64,000 nt of DNA from Bacteroidales bacterium (GCA_017516865.1 JAFXAU010000017.1:748-64747); one strand, 5' to 3'. Counted from the first letter of the stretch, positions 26,663-36,175 are shown. Made by a program: numbers and translations. The notes: generated by a model from the sequence alone, not told the origin.

Positions 26663-27543
26663 TATAGTTCCGCGCTTTTCGCTTCAACATCGGCAACGGT
26701 CTTGGTGATAAGCCCTTGCAACACTGTTCCCGGACCAACTTCCACAAATTGGTTATAGCCGTCGGCAACCATATTTTTCACAATCTGCGACCAGCGCACT
26801 GGCGAAGTCAGTTGTAAAATAAGATTTGCCTTGATTTTCTCAGGGTCGGTGTATGGTTTTGCGTCAACATCTTGATAAATAGGACATTGCGGAGTATTGA
26901 ATTTTGTTGCCGCAATTGCTTCTTCCAATTCCTTGCGAGCTGGTTCCATAAGCGGAGAATGGAAGGCACCGCCAACTTGCAGCTTTATGGCACGTTTTGC
27001 GCCTTTTTCCAAAAGAATTTTGCAGGCTTCGTCAATCGCCTCGTTCGTTCCCGAAATCACCAATTGTCCCGTACAGTTGTAGTTTGCAGGAACAACAATT
27101 CCGTTGATTGACGCACATACTTCTTCTATAACGGCATCGTCCAAACGGAGAATGGCAGCCATTGTCGAAGGATTTTGCTCACAGGCTTTCTGCATCGCCA
27201 TGGCACGTTTCGAAACCAGTACCAAGCCGTCTTCGAACGACAACGCGCCCGAAGCAACCAATGCCGAAAATTCACCAAGCGAGTGGCCGGCAACGCCTTC
27301 GGGCTTGAATTTGTCGCCCAAAGCCTGTGCCAAAATAACCGAGTGTAAGAACACAGCAGGTTGGGTTACTTTTGTTTGTTTCAAATCGTCGGCTGAGCCT
27401 TCAAACATAATGTTGGAAATGCGGAAACCGAGAATTTCGTTTGCTTTTTCGAACAAATCTTTTGCCACAGGAATCGTGTCGTATAAATCCTTGCCCATTC
27501 CTGTAAACTGTGCTCCCTGACCTGGAAAAACGTATGCTTTCAT
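26662..27543 (-). CDS. fabD: ACP S-malonyltransferase
   Basis: FPGQGAQ and active-site GHSLGE. 293 aa. Confidence 0.93.
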   Translation of the reverse strand: MKAYVFPGQGAQFTGMGKDLYDTIPVAKDLFEKANEILGFRISNIMFEGSADDLKQTKVTQPAVFLHSVILAQALGDKFKPEGVAGHSLGEFSALVASGALSFEDGLVLVSKRAMAMQKACEQNPSTMAAILRLDDAVIEEVCASINGIVVPANYNCTGQLVISGTNEAIDEACKILLEKGAKRAIKLQVGGAFHSPLMEPARKELEEAIAATKFNTPQCPIYQDVDAKPYTDPEKIKANLILQLTSPVRWSQIVKNMVADGYNQFVEVGPGTVLQGLITKTVADVEAKSAEL

Positions 27544-27563
27544 AATTTTTATTTTTTTTTGTC

Positions 27564-27591
27564 GTAGAGACGCGATTAATTGCGTCTCTAC
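27564..27591. repeat. GTAGAGAC-family palindromic hairpin element
   Basis: GTAGAGACGCGATT|AATTGCGTCTCTAC, 14-bp arms with one G-U pair. Sits between the folE stop and the fabD start. Confidence 0.85.
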
Positions 27592-27598
27592 AGGATTA

Positions 27599-28234
27599 TT
27601 AATGTAATTTTGAATTTACCAGCAACATAAATTCCTCTCTTGTTTCTTTTCGGTTGAACGCCCCCGTGAATGCCGATGTGGTTGTGGTTGAATTTTGTTT
27701 TTGAACGCCACGCATCTGCATGCACAAATGTTGCGCTTCAATAATTACAGCCACGCCAAGTGGATTCAATGTTTCCTGAATGCAGTCACGGATTTGCACG
27801 GTCAATCGTTCCTGAACTTGCAGGCGGCGGGCATACACGTCAACAACTCTCGCGATTTTGCTCAGCCCTGTAATGTAACCATTGGGAATATACGCCACGT
27901 GAGCTTTCCCGATGAACGGCAACATGTGGTGTTCGCACATTGAGTAGATTTCAATGTCTTTCACCAAAACCATTTGTTGATATTCCTCCTTGAACATTGC
28001 CGCACGGAGAATTTCCTTCGGGTCGGTGTCGTAGCCTTGCGTAAGGAACTGCATGGATTTTGCCACGCGCAGAGGCGTTTTGAGCAGCCCTTCGCGTTCC
28101 ACATCTTCGCCGAGCAACGTCAGCGTTTCTCTGTAAAGTTCCGCCAAACGAGTCGTTTTTTCATCGTCGAACCGTTCTATTTTCTGGTAACTCCCGTCCG
28201 ACGGCGTTGAAAGTCCGTTGTTGTATATTTCCAT
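27599..28234 (-). CDS. folE: GTP cyclohydrolase I FolE
   Basis: Contains CEHHMLPF and the pattern following it. Start set at the ATG at 28234 (MEIYNNG...). Confidence 0.9.
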   Translation of the reverse strand: MEIYNNGLSTPSDGSYQKIERFDDEKTTRLAELYRETLTLLGEDVEREGLLKTPLRVAKSMQFLTQGYDTDPKEILRAAMFKEEYQQMVLVKDIEIYSMCEHHMLPFIGKAHVAYIPNGYITGLSKIARVVDVYARRLQVQERLTVQIRDCIQETLNPLGVAVIIEAQHLCMQMRGVQKQNSTTTTSAFTGAFNRKETREEFMLLVNSKLH

Positions 28235-28351
28235 TACAATAAATTTTCGCGTAAAAATAATATAATTAGCCAAACTATTATGAATCTGTTTTATTTTTAT
28301 ATCTGTTGCTTCAGCAGGCTCAGCCCTCCTTAATTCTCAACTTGTATTTCG

Positions 28352-29605
28352 TTAGTCAAACCGTATTGCTTCCGACGGACTGATTTTTGTTACCAAAACC
28401 GATGGAAGAATAAGCATGAGAGAAGTTAGAATGAATGTTCCGGCATTAAGCAGTACAATGTAGAATACATTCAGTTTTATTGGCACGTACGACATAAAAT
28501 ATATTGACGGGTCAAGTCCGAATGGGTGGAAATAATATTGTATTAAACATAACCCTATGCCAACAATATTTCCCCACAGTAGCCCTTTGCCGATAAGCAT
28601 ACTGCCCACATAGACGAATATTTTGCGAATGCTTACGTTTTGGGCGCCAAGCGATTTCAGCACGCCAATCATTGTTGTTTTTTCAAGAATGATAACGAGT
28701 AAACCCGTAATCATGTTCATTCCCGCAACAAGCACCATCAAGGCAATGATGAGCCAGGCGTTCATGTCGAGGAGCGACAGCCAGTCGAAGATTTGCGGTG
28801 TGGTTTCCTGTAACGTCTGAACCCGCAGTTTTTGAATGTCGGGTGAAATGTCGAAGCCAACAATGTCTTGCACGGTTTCTTTTTGAATGTCAAGGTTTTT
28901 GTAATCGTTCAAAAAGACTTCGTAACCCGTACATTGATTTGATTCCCAATTATTTAAATCTTGAATGTGACGAATATCGGCAAGAATGAAACGGTCGTCA
29001 ATTTCGTTGAGGTGCGTTTCGTAGATGCCGTGTACCACAAACCGCCGTTTCCGTACTTTTTTGTTGCTGTCGTTCGGCACAAACGAAGTGGTGAATTTGT
29101 CGCCGAGCGAGAGTTGCAGCAGGTTCGCCAGTTTTCGCGAAATCACTGCGTCGTCGGTTGTGGTGTCGGATGGGAAAGAAAGTATCTCGCCTTCAACCAG
29201 ATGATCCTGAATGAATTTCCAATTGTAGGAATCATCGATTCCTTTCACAACAATGCCTCGTACGGTATTGTTGACTTTAACCAATGCGGGTTTTGTCGCA
29301 TAAATTTGTACGTGTGTGATTTTTTCTTCGTTGCGTAATTCGGCGAGCAACGTGCTGTCTGTGCGGACAGGCAATGATTCGAACGAGGAGTTCATGTCGA
29401 AATTCACAATCTCAATGTGCGACGAAAAGCCAAAAATTTGTTCCGAGATTGTCGATTTGAACCCGACAATCACCGAAACGGCAATAATCATCACCGCAAG
29501 TCCCAACGCGATTGCAATCATGGCAATGTTCACAATCGGGTTCGAAATAGCCTCGGAATTTCTGCGAGGAAGAATTTTTCGTGCTATATAAAGTTCCGTG
29601 TTCAT
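28352..29605 (-). CDS. FtsX-like ABC transporter permease (LolC/E / MacB-type)
   Basis: 417 aa. N-terminal TM helix, large periplasmic domain, then three C-terminal TM helices (FtsX fold pattern). Confidence 0.8.
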   Translation of the reverse strand: MNTELYIARKILPRRNSEAISNPIVNIAMIAIALGLAVMIIAVSVIVGFKSTISEQIFGFSSHIEIVNFDMNSSFESLPVRTDSTLLAELRNEEKITHVQIYATKPALVKVNNTVRGIVVKGIDDSYNWKFIQDHLVEGEILSFPSDTTTDDAVISRKLANLLQLSLGDKFTTSFVPNDSNKKVRKRRFVVHGIYETHLNEIDDRFILADIRHIQDLNNWESNQCTGYEVFLNDYKNLDIQKETVQDIVGFDISPDIQKLRVQTLQETTPQIFDWLSLLDMNAWLIIALMVLVAGMNMITGLLVIILEKTTMIGVLKSLGAQNVSIRKIFVYVGSMLIGKGLLWGNIVGIGLCLIQYYFHPFGLDPSIYFMSYVPIKLNVFYIVLLNAGTFILTSLMLILPSVLVTKISPSEAIRFD

Positions 29606-29670
29606 TCGTTAAAAACTATGCAAAAGTACGAAAATATTGTGAAGACGGAATGTGTCTGAGTTTAGAATGC

Positions 29671-29698
29671 AAAAAAGGGAGTACGAATCCGCACTCCC
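29671..29698 (-). terminator. intrinsic terminator of the 29722..30156 gene
   Basis: Minus strand reads GGGAGTGCG-gat-TCGTACTCCC followed by T6. Confidence 0.7.
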
Positions 29699-29721
29699 TC
29701 CTGCAAAATGAGTGAAAGATT

Positions 29722-30156
29722 TTATTTCTTGAACAATTTTCCTAAAATTCCTGTTGCCGCACCAAGAAGGTTACCCTTTGAACCTCCTGCTGCCGAAGCT
29801 CCCAATGCCGAAAGAATAGAGGTAAGGTCGAGGCCGCTGTCTTTCGACGTGAGTTTGCCAATGATGGTTGGTAACAACGATGTGGCTAAATTTGCCGTAG
29901 TTTTATCCAATCCAAGTTTGCTCGCAATGTTTTTGGTGAAAAGTTGCGTAGCCAATGATGTTATTGGGCTCGACTCAGCCGAAGTTTTGCCAGTGAACAA
30001 TTCGGTGATTTGTTCAATACCGCTTGCCGATTGAGCTTTTTCCTTTACGCTTCCGAAAATTGAATCCGACAATCCGCCTAATACGTCGGAACTTAAGTTA
30101 CTGCCCGATGCGGCAGATTGAACTTGCTTAAGAATTAAATCTGTGATTTGTGACAT
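29722..30156 (-). CDS. hypothetical Ser/Leu/Gly-rich protein (possibly DUF937-like)
   Basis: 144 aa of low complexity. The LGLDKTTANLATSLLPTIIGKL segment resembles DUF937. The family call is weak. Confidence 0.45.
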   Translation of the reverse strand: MSQITDLILKQVQSAASGSNLSSDVLGGLSDSIFGSVKEKAQSASGIEQITELFTGKTSAESSPITSLATQLFTKNIASKLGLDKTTANLATSLLPTIIGKLTSKDSGLDLTSILSALGASAAGGSKGNLLGAATGILGKLFKK

Positions 30157-30370
30157 AATAATTTTATTTTAAAAGTTATAGCATACAAATATATGAACTG
30201 TTTTGAAATAAATTGCAGAAATAGGATTTGTTTTTCCTAAAAGGGTAATGAGTTTGACAAAAGTAACCCCACTCTGACTTATAACCCTAACTCATAATTA
30301 ATAACTTAATCGTTCGTCTATTTTTTCAAAAAAAATATAACTAAATAGGTGAACAAATAAAAAAAATCTC

Positions 30371-30378
30371 TATGTTTG
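30371..30378 (+). promoter_or_regulatory. Bacteroidetes -7 promoter box (TATGTTTG) of the trp operon
   Basis: Exact TAnnTTTG match 20 nt upstream of the leader ORF ATG. Confidence 0.6.
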
Positions 30379-30398
30379 CGTCAACAAAAAAGAACAAA

Positions 30399-30455
30399 AT
30401 GAAAGTAATGAATAACAATTTTTGGTGGTGGCAAACTTATGACCGAATGTCGTAA
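30399..30455 (+). CDS. candidate trp operon leader peptide (MKVMNNNFWWWQTYDRMS)
   Basis: 18 codons plus TAA. Three consecutive TGG codons at 30423-30431. Located between the promoter and a terminator hairpin upstream of trpB. Confidence 0.7.
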   Translation: MKVMNNNFWWWQTYDRMS

Positions 30456-30511
30456 GTAGAGAGGCCATTTCCAAAAACAAAATATAAAGGGGGCTTGTCA
30501 ATCTTACGACA
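30448..30511 (+). promoter_or_regulatory. candidate antiterminator pairing
   Basis: TGTCGTAAG (30448-30456, spanning the leader stop codon) is perfectly complementary to CTTACGACA (30503-30511). The latter covers the terminator loop and the first 4 nt of its 3' arm. Confidence 0.5.
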
Positions 30512-30525
30512 AGCTCCCTTTTTTT
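30489..30525 (+). terminator. attenuator terminator upstream of trpB
   Basis: GGGGGCTTGTC / GACAAGCTCCC (11 bp, one G-U pair), 8-nt loop, T7. It lies 31 nt before the trpB ATG. Confidence 0.8.
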
Positions 30526-30556
30526 GTTGAATTATGAATCGAAAAAAATTAAAAAT

Positions 30557-31747
30557 ATGAAATCATATCAAGTTGACAACAATGGTTACTACGGAGAATT
30601 TGGCGGGGCGTACATTCCCGAAATTCTCTACAAAACGGTGGAAGATTTGAAAAAGGCGTATCTTCCCATAATTGAAAGCGATGCGTTCCAAAAGGAATAT
30701 CGCGCATTGCTCAAGAACTATGCTGGTCGTCCGTCGTCGCTGTATTTTGCAAATCGCCTGAGCGAAAAATATGGTTGCAAAATTTATTTGAAACGCGAAG
30801 ACCTGAACCATACGGGTGCCCACAAAATCAACAATGCTCTCGGACAAATTCTGATTGCCAAGGCGATGGGCAAAAAGCGTATCATTGCCGAAACGGGCGC
30901 TGGTCAGCACGGTGTGGCAACGGCCACGGTGTGTGCCTTGATGAATATGCCGTGCAGAATTTATATGGGCGCGACCGATGTGAAACGTCAGCACATGAAC
31001 GTGGAACGAATGAAAATGCTTGGCGCGGAGGTTTTCCCCGTTGAAAGCGGAAATATGACGCTGAAAGATGCCACGAACGAAGCCATCCGCGACTGGTGCT
31101 GTCATCCTGCCGATACATTCTATATTATTGGCTCAACGGTTGGACCACATCCGTATCCCGATATGGTGGCTCGTCTGCAAAGTGTTATCAGTGAGGAAAT
31201 TAAATATCAGCTGAAAGAACAGGAAGGTCGTGAAAATCCTGATTATTTAATCGCCTGCGTTGGTGGCGGAAGCAATGCCGCCGGAACAATTTACCATTAT
31301 ATTGACGACGAAGATGTGAAAATCGTTCTTGCCGAAGCTGGCGGAAAAGGCGTGGATTCTGGACTCACTGCCGCCACAATTCAATGCGGTACGCTCGGCA
31401 TCATTCACGGAAGCCGCACGCTCGTTATGCAGACCGAAGATGGTCAGATTGTGGAACCATATTCAATTTCCGCTGGACTTGACTATCCAGGAATCGGTCC
31501 TATGCACGCCAATCTTGCTAAACAGCACAGAGCAACCGTTTATGCAATAAACGACGACGAAGCCGTTCGTGGTGCGTACGAGCTCACCAAGTTGGAAGGC
31601 ATCATTCCCGCTCTTGAGTCGGCTCACGCTCTTGGCGTTTTGCCAAAATTGAATTTTAAACCTACCGACGTGGTTGTGCTAACCGTAAGCGGGCGCGGCG
31701 ACAAGGATTTGGAAACGTATCTCAATTATAAGAAAGAATTAAAATAA
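30557..31747 (+). CDS. trpB: tryptophan synthase beta chain
   Basis: ORF 30524 trimmed to the ATG at 30557, because the extension overlaps the terminator T-run. Contains YGEFGGAYIPE and the PLP-lysine motif HTGAHKINN. Confidence 0.95.
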   Translation: MKSYQVDNNGYYGEFGGAYIPEILYKTVEDLKKAYLPIIESDAFQKEYRALLKNYAGRPSSLYFANRLSEKYGCKIYLKREDLNHTGAHKINNALGQILIAKAMGKKRIIAETGAGQHGVATATVCALMNMPCRIYMGATDVKRQHMNVERMKMLGAEVFPVESGNMTLKDATNEAIRDWCCHPADTFYIIGSTVGPHPYPDMVARLQSVISEEIKYQLKEQEGRENPDYLIACVGGGSNAAGTIYHYIDDEDVKIVLAEAGGKGVDSGLTAATIQCGTLGIIHGSRTLVMQTEDGQIVEPYSISAGLDYPGIGPMHANLAKQHRATVYAINDDEAVRGAYELTKLEGIIPALESAHALGVLPKLNFKPTDVVVLTVSGRGDKDLETYLNYKKELK

Positions 31748-31758
31748 AAGATAGAAAG

Positions 31759-33165
31759 ATGAAAAAGTTTAGTTATACTGTTTTTGAAAAACAAATGTTC
31801 GGCGACACGTGTACTCCCGTAAGTGTCTATATGCGAATCAGAAATCTCTACACGCAAAGTGCTTTAATGGAATGTTCCGATTACCACAGTTCTGAAAACG
31901 GCTGCTCGTATATCGGCGTTCGCCCAATCGCCCATGTTGCCATAGAGCACGGTCTGGGTAAATGCGTCTATCCCGACGGCAGTTTGTACCAACATCCAAT
32001 CAATGCAAACTATCTTCCGTCGGATATTATCAATGAATTTTTGAACGAATTCAATGTAAACAACGACAAAAATCTGGGACTGTTCGGCTACACGTCGTTC
32101 AATTCCGTTCGTTACTTGGAAAACATTGCCGTGAAAGACGAGACACAGGTGAAGAACGATGCACCCGATATGATTTACATTCTTTATAAGTATGTCATCA
32201 CGTTCAATCATTTCGACAACACTATGAGCATCAGCGAACTTGCTGCCGACGGCGAAAAATCGGACATCGAAACGATTGAAAAGGCGATTCAAAAACCTTT
32301 TGTGACAAAATATGAATTTCATCATATTGGCGAAACAACCAGCACGCTCACCGACGAGCAGCATAAAGAAAACATTCGCAAGGGAATTGAACATTGCAAG
32401 CGCGGCGACGTGTTTCAAATCGTGCTGAGCCGTCGTTTTGTGCAACCTTACGAAGGCGACGATTTCAATGTTTACCGTGCGTTGCGGAGAATCAATCCGT
32501 CGCCGTACTTGTTTTACTTTGATTTCGGCGGATTTCGAATCTTTGGTTCGAGCCCCGAAACGCATTGCCGTGTGAAAAACGAAAATGGAAAATTCATTGC
32601 ATACATCGACCCGATTGCGGGAACAACAAAACGTACTGGCGACGAGGAACAAGATGCCCGCAATGCCGAATATCTTCGCAACGACCCGAAGGAAAACGCC
32701 GAACACGTGATGTTGGTTGACTTGGCACGAAACGACTTGAGCCGTAACTGTCACGACGTGCACGTGGATTTTTACAAAGAATTGCAATATTACAGCCACG
32801 TGATTCACTTGGTAAGCCGTGTGAGCGGTACGCTGGACGACGACAAAAATCCTGTCAAGGCGTTTATGGACACGTTCCCCGCAGGAACATTGAGCGGAGC
32901 GCCAAAAATCCGTGCTATGCAACTGATTAGCGAATACGAACCGCACAATCGCGGAATGTACGGCGGTTGCGTCGGATTCATCGGATTCGACGGTTCTCTG
33001 AATCAGGCAATTACAATCAGAACATTCGTTTCGAGAAACAATGAATTGTGGTTTCAGGCAGGCGGCGGCATTGTTGCCCAAAGCGACGAAGAATATGAAT
33101 TGCAAGAAGTTAACAACAAATTAGGTGCATTGCGCAGAGCAATCATACTTGCCGAAGAAGCATAA
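31759..33165 (+). CDS. trpE: anthranilate synthase component I
   Basis: 468 aa. Contains PSPYLFYF, GTLSGAPK and GGGIVAQSD motifs. Confidence 0.93.
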   Translation: MKKFSYTVFEKQMFGDTCTPVSVYMRIRNLYTQSALMECSDYHSSENGCSYIGVRPIAHVAIEHGLGKCVYPDGSLYQHPINANYLPSDIINEFLNEFNVNNDKNLGLFGYTSFNSVRYLENIAVKDETQVKNDAPDMIYILYKYVITFNHFDNTMSISELAADGEKSDIETIEKAIQKPFVTKYEFHHIGETTSTLTDEQHKENIRKGIEHCKRGDVFQIVLSRRFVQPYEGDDFNVYRALRRINPSPYLFYFDFGGFRIFGSSPETHCRVKNENGKFIAYIDPIAGTTKRTGDEEQDARNAEYLRNDPKENAEHVMLVDLARNDLSRNCHDVHVDFYKELQYYSHVIHLVSRVSGTLDDDKNPVKAFMDTFPAGTLSGAPKIRAMQLISEYEPHNRGMYGGCVGFIGFDGSLNQAITIRTFVSRNNELWFQAGGGIVAQSDEEYELQEVNNKLGALRRAIILAEEA

Positions 33166-33176
33166 AACTGAACGAT

Positions 33177-33740
33177 ATGAAAATAGCATTGATTGATAAT
33201 TACGACAGTTTCACGTACAACCTGTACCACTTGTTGAAAGAACTCAACGTGGAAGTGAGTGTGTTCCGAAACGACCAGTTTCAAATGAACGAGCTGGAGG
33301 CATTTGACAAGATTTTACTCAGTCCCGGACCGGGCATTCCAAAAGAATCGGGCTTGCTGATGGACGTGATAAAAACATACGCCGGCAAGAAACCGATTTT
33401 GGGAATTTGCCTTGGCGAACAAGCCATCGGCGAAGCATTCGGAGGTACGTTGACAAACCTATCCAACGTGTTCCACGGAGTTCAAACGCCAACCGATATT
33501 GTAAGAGAGGATTATTTGTTCAATAATCTTGACAAGGAAATTCCCGTCGGACGCTATCATTCATGGGTTGTTGACAAGGATTCGCTCCCAGCCGATTTGG
33601 AAATTCTTGCGGAAAGCAAGGAAGGGTTTATAATGGCTCTGCGTCACAAGACATACGATGTGCGCGGCATTCAATTCCACCCCGAATCGGTACTTACTCC
33701 CGACGGAAAACAAATAATGAAAAACTGGATTTTAAACTAA
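33177..33740 (+). CDS. trpG: anthranilate synthase component II (glutamine amidotransferase)
   Basis: Contains LSPGPG, catalytic GICLGEQ, and IQFHPES. Confidence 0.93.
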   Translation: MKIALIDNYDSFTYNLYHLLKELNVEVSVFRNDQFQMNELEAFDKILLSPGPGIPKESGLLMDVIKTYAGKKPILGICLGEQAIGEAFGGTLTNLSNVFHGVQTPTDIVREDYLFNNLDKEIPVGRYHSWVVDKDSLPADLEILAESKEGFIMALRHKTYDVRGIQFHPESVLTPDGKQIMKNWILN

Positions 33741-33746
33741 TGTGAT

Positions 33747-34751
33747 ATGGAAAATTGTTTAAGAAAAATTGTTGCTCAAGAAACGTTCACACGAAACGAG
33801 GCAAAAGAAATAATGCACGAAATTGTTGACCAAAAATATTCCGATATGCAAATCGCCGCAATATTGATGGGTATTCAAACTCGCGGCGTTACCGTTGATG
33901 AAATTTTAGGATTACGCGACGGTTTGTTGGAAACTGGCGTTCACACCGATATGAAACCGTATCAGGTGATTGACATTGTCGGTACTGGCGGTGACGGGAA
34001 AAATACGTTCAACATCTCAACTTGTTCGTGTTTCGTTGTTGCTGGCGCTGGCTACAAGGTTGCAAAACACGGAAACTACGCCGCTTCGTCGGTGAGTGGT
34101 GCGAGCAACGTGCTCGAAGCCCACGGCGTTAAGTTTACAGCCGACAACGATGCGCTGAAACGCAGTTTGGAAGAATGTGGCTTTGTTCACCAACACGCAC
34201 AATTGTTCGCCAAAGGAATGAAATGGGTCGGTCCTGCCCGAAAAGCACTGGGACAACTGGGAACTCCTTCGTGCTTCAATTTGTTAGGTCCGCTGGTAAA
34301 TCCCTGCAATCCCGATTATCAGTTGCTTGGAACGGCAAACTTAGACCAACAGAGATTGTATCATCAAGTATATCAACGAATTGGAATAAAATATGGCATT
34401 GTAACCAGCATAGACGGCTACGACGAAATTTCGCTTACTGGAAGTTTCAAAATAGTGTATAATGAGGAAGAACACGTCTATCAGCCGGAAGAATTTGGCA
34501 TGCAGGTCATCAATCCTAAGGAAATCTACGGCGGAAGTACGCTGGAAGACGCAAAAGAAATTTTCGACGCTGTGTTGGAAAACAGGTCAACTTTGGCACA
34601 AAAGAACGTGGTTCTTATAAACTCCGCATTCGCAATCCACGTGATTGAACAACAAAAGACGTTCAACGAATGTCTGTCGCTTGCAAAAGAATCGCTCGAA
34701 AGCGGACGTGCATTGCAATGTCTGAAAAAATACATCGAACTAAATTCGTAA
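33747..34751 (+). CDS. trpD: anthranilate phosphoribosyltransferase
   Basis: Contains DIVGTGGDGKNTFNIST and KHGN. Confidence 0.93.
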   Translation: MENCLRKIVAQETFTRNEAKEIMHEIVDQKYSDMQIAAILMGIQTRGVTVDEILGLRDGLLETGVHTDMKPYQVIDIVGTGGDGKNTFNISTCSCFVVAGAGYKVAKHGNYAASSVSGASNVLEAHGVKFTADNDALKRSLEECGFVHQHAQLFAKGMKWVGPARKALGQLGTPSCFNLLGPLVNPCNPDYQLLGTANLDQQRLYHQVYQRIGIKYGIVTSIDGYDEISLTGSFKIVYNEEEHVYQPEEFGMQVINPKEIYGGSTLEDAKEIFDAVLENRSTLAQKNVVLINSAFAIHVIEQQKTFNECLSLAKESLESGRALQCLKKYIELNS

Positions 34752-34754
34752 GCT

Positions 34755-35558
34755 ATGGCCGATATTTTGGAGGAAATTGTTGATAATAAGCGTATTGAAG
34801 TTGATGCGGCAAAACAAAAACTGCCGTTTTACGAACTTACCAAACGTGTGGAGCAGTTTTTGACAGAAAATCCGCTGAAACCACGTTCCATGCACGATAC
34901 GCTGATGGCAAGCAAGTCGGGAATCATTGCGGAATTTAAGCGTAAATCGCCGTCGAAAGGATGGATTCATGCCGACGCAGTGCCGACCGACGTGGTGCCG
35001 TTGTACGAGAAGAATGGAGCTTCGGCGGCTTCCATTCTTGTTGACGAAAAATACTTCGGCGGCTCGAAACAGTTCATCGAAACGGTACGCCCGATGGTTT
35101 CTCTTCCAATTTTGTACAAAGAATTTATTGTTGACGAATATCAGTTGTACGAGGCGAAACTTGCTGGTGCCGACACCGTGTTGCTCATTGCGGCTACGCT
35201 TTCGGCTCCGATGGTGAAAAAATTGGTGGAAACCGCCCATCAGCTTGGTCTGGAGATTTTGTTCGAGGTTCATTCCGTGTCGGAATTGAACAAAGTCGTG
35301 CCAGAAATTGATATGCTCGGCGTGAACAACCGTCATTTGGGCACGTTCGTCACCGATGTGCAATGGTCATTTGACATTGCCGACAAACTATCGAAGGATT
35401 TTTTGCTCGTGAGCGAAAGCGGCATAAGTAATCCGCAGACTGTGAAAGAATTACGGAATGTTGGCTATAGAGGATTTCTCATTGGAGAATGCTTTATGAA
35501 AGAACAAAATCCGGGCGAGGCGTTGAAAACATTTATTCAAAAGATAGAGCAATGTTGA
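34755..35558 (+). CDS. trpC: indole-3-glycerol phosphate synthase
   Basis: Contains IIAEFKRKSPSKG and the VNNRHLGTF pattern. Overlaps trpF in an ATGTTGA arrangement. Confidence 0.93.
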   Translation: MADILEEIVDNKRIEVDAAKQKLPFYELTKRVEQFLTENPLKPRSMHDTLMASKSGIIAEFKRKSPSKGWIHADAVPTDVVPLYEKNGASAASILVDEKYFGGSKQFIETVRPMVSLPILYKEFIVDEYQLYEAKLAGADTVLLIAATLSAPMVKKLVETAHQLGLEILFEVHSVSELNKVVPEIDMLGVNNRHLGTFVTDVQWSFDIADKLSKDFLLVSESGISNPQTVKELRNVGYRGFLIGECFMKEQNPGEALKTFIQKIEQC

Positions 35559-36175
35559 TAAAAGTGTGCGGAATGCGTGATTCCGAAAATATGAAGGCAA
35601 TTGCCGATTTAGACGTGGATTTTATGGGAATGATTTTCTATCCACGTTCAAAGCGCTATGTTTCGGAAGTGCCGTCGTTCCGCCCGTTGCGGCAGAAATT
35701 GATTGCGGTGTTTGTGAATGCCGACATCGACGAAATCATCAAAACAGTGGAAACCTTTCACTGCGACGGCATTCAGTTGCACGGCGATGAAACGCCTGAA
35801 TTTGTACGTTCGTTGAAAAGCACGTGCAATTGTCTGGTTATTAAAGCATTCCAAATTGCAAAAGTCGAAGATTTGCAGAAAACGTGTCAGTACGAAAACA
35901 TGTGCGACTATTTTTTGTTCGACACGGCAACGCCTTCGTACGGTGGAAGCGGTGAATCGTTTGACTGGTCGGTACTTGCCGAATACAAAGGTAAAACGCC
36001 GTTTTTGTTAAGTGGCGGCATCGGAGCAGATAGCGTGGAAAGAATCAAACAATTTTCGCATCCGCAGTTTGCTGGAATCGATATAAATTCTAAATTTGAA
36101 ACCAGTCCTGCTGTGAAAGATGTGGAAAAAACAAGAAGGTTTGTAGAAGAATTAAGAATTGTAGAGACGCAATGA
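35552..36175 (+). CDS. trpF: phosphoribosylanthranilate isomerase
   Basis: ORF 35489 trimmed to the ATG at 35552 (MLIKVCGMRD). Contains LSGGIG. The stop codon lies inside a GTAGAGAC-type hairpin. Confidence 0.9.
   Translation: MLIKVCGMRDSENMKAIADLDVDFMGMIFYPRSKRYVSEVPSFRPLRQKLIAVFVNADIDEIIKTVETFHCDGIQLHGDETPEFVRSLKSTCNCLVIKAFQIAKVEDLQKTCQYENMCDYFLFDTATPSYGGSGESFDWSVLAEYKGKTPFLLSGGIGADSVERIKQFSHPQFAGIDINSKFETSPAVKDVEKTRRFVEELRIVETQ

Noticed and set aside
28235-28351. I checked the leaders of folE, thrC, dapL and nhaD for riboswitch-like conserved cores (THF, lysine, SAM, TPP, fluoride).
   Set aside because: None of the characteristic conserved core sequences were recognisable by eye, and the spacers are short and AT-rich. 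An Rfam cmscan of all intergenic regions would be the decisive check.
31864-33105. A very long antisense ORF (413 aa) opposite trpE. Similar ones lie opposite trpB (30563-31105), trpC (34740-35363), trpA (36276-37070) and the T9SS protein (55958-56827).
   Set aside because: All five are in the codon-aligned antisense frame: their end coordinates sit on sense codon boundaries. In that frame a stop requires a sense TTA, CTA or TCA codon, which these genes largely avoid. Their translations are low-complexity with no recognisable motifs, while the sense strands encode unmistakable enzymes. This is a codon-usage artefact, not overlapping genes. Counting TTA/CTA/TCA per gene would confirm it.
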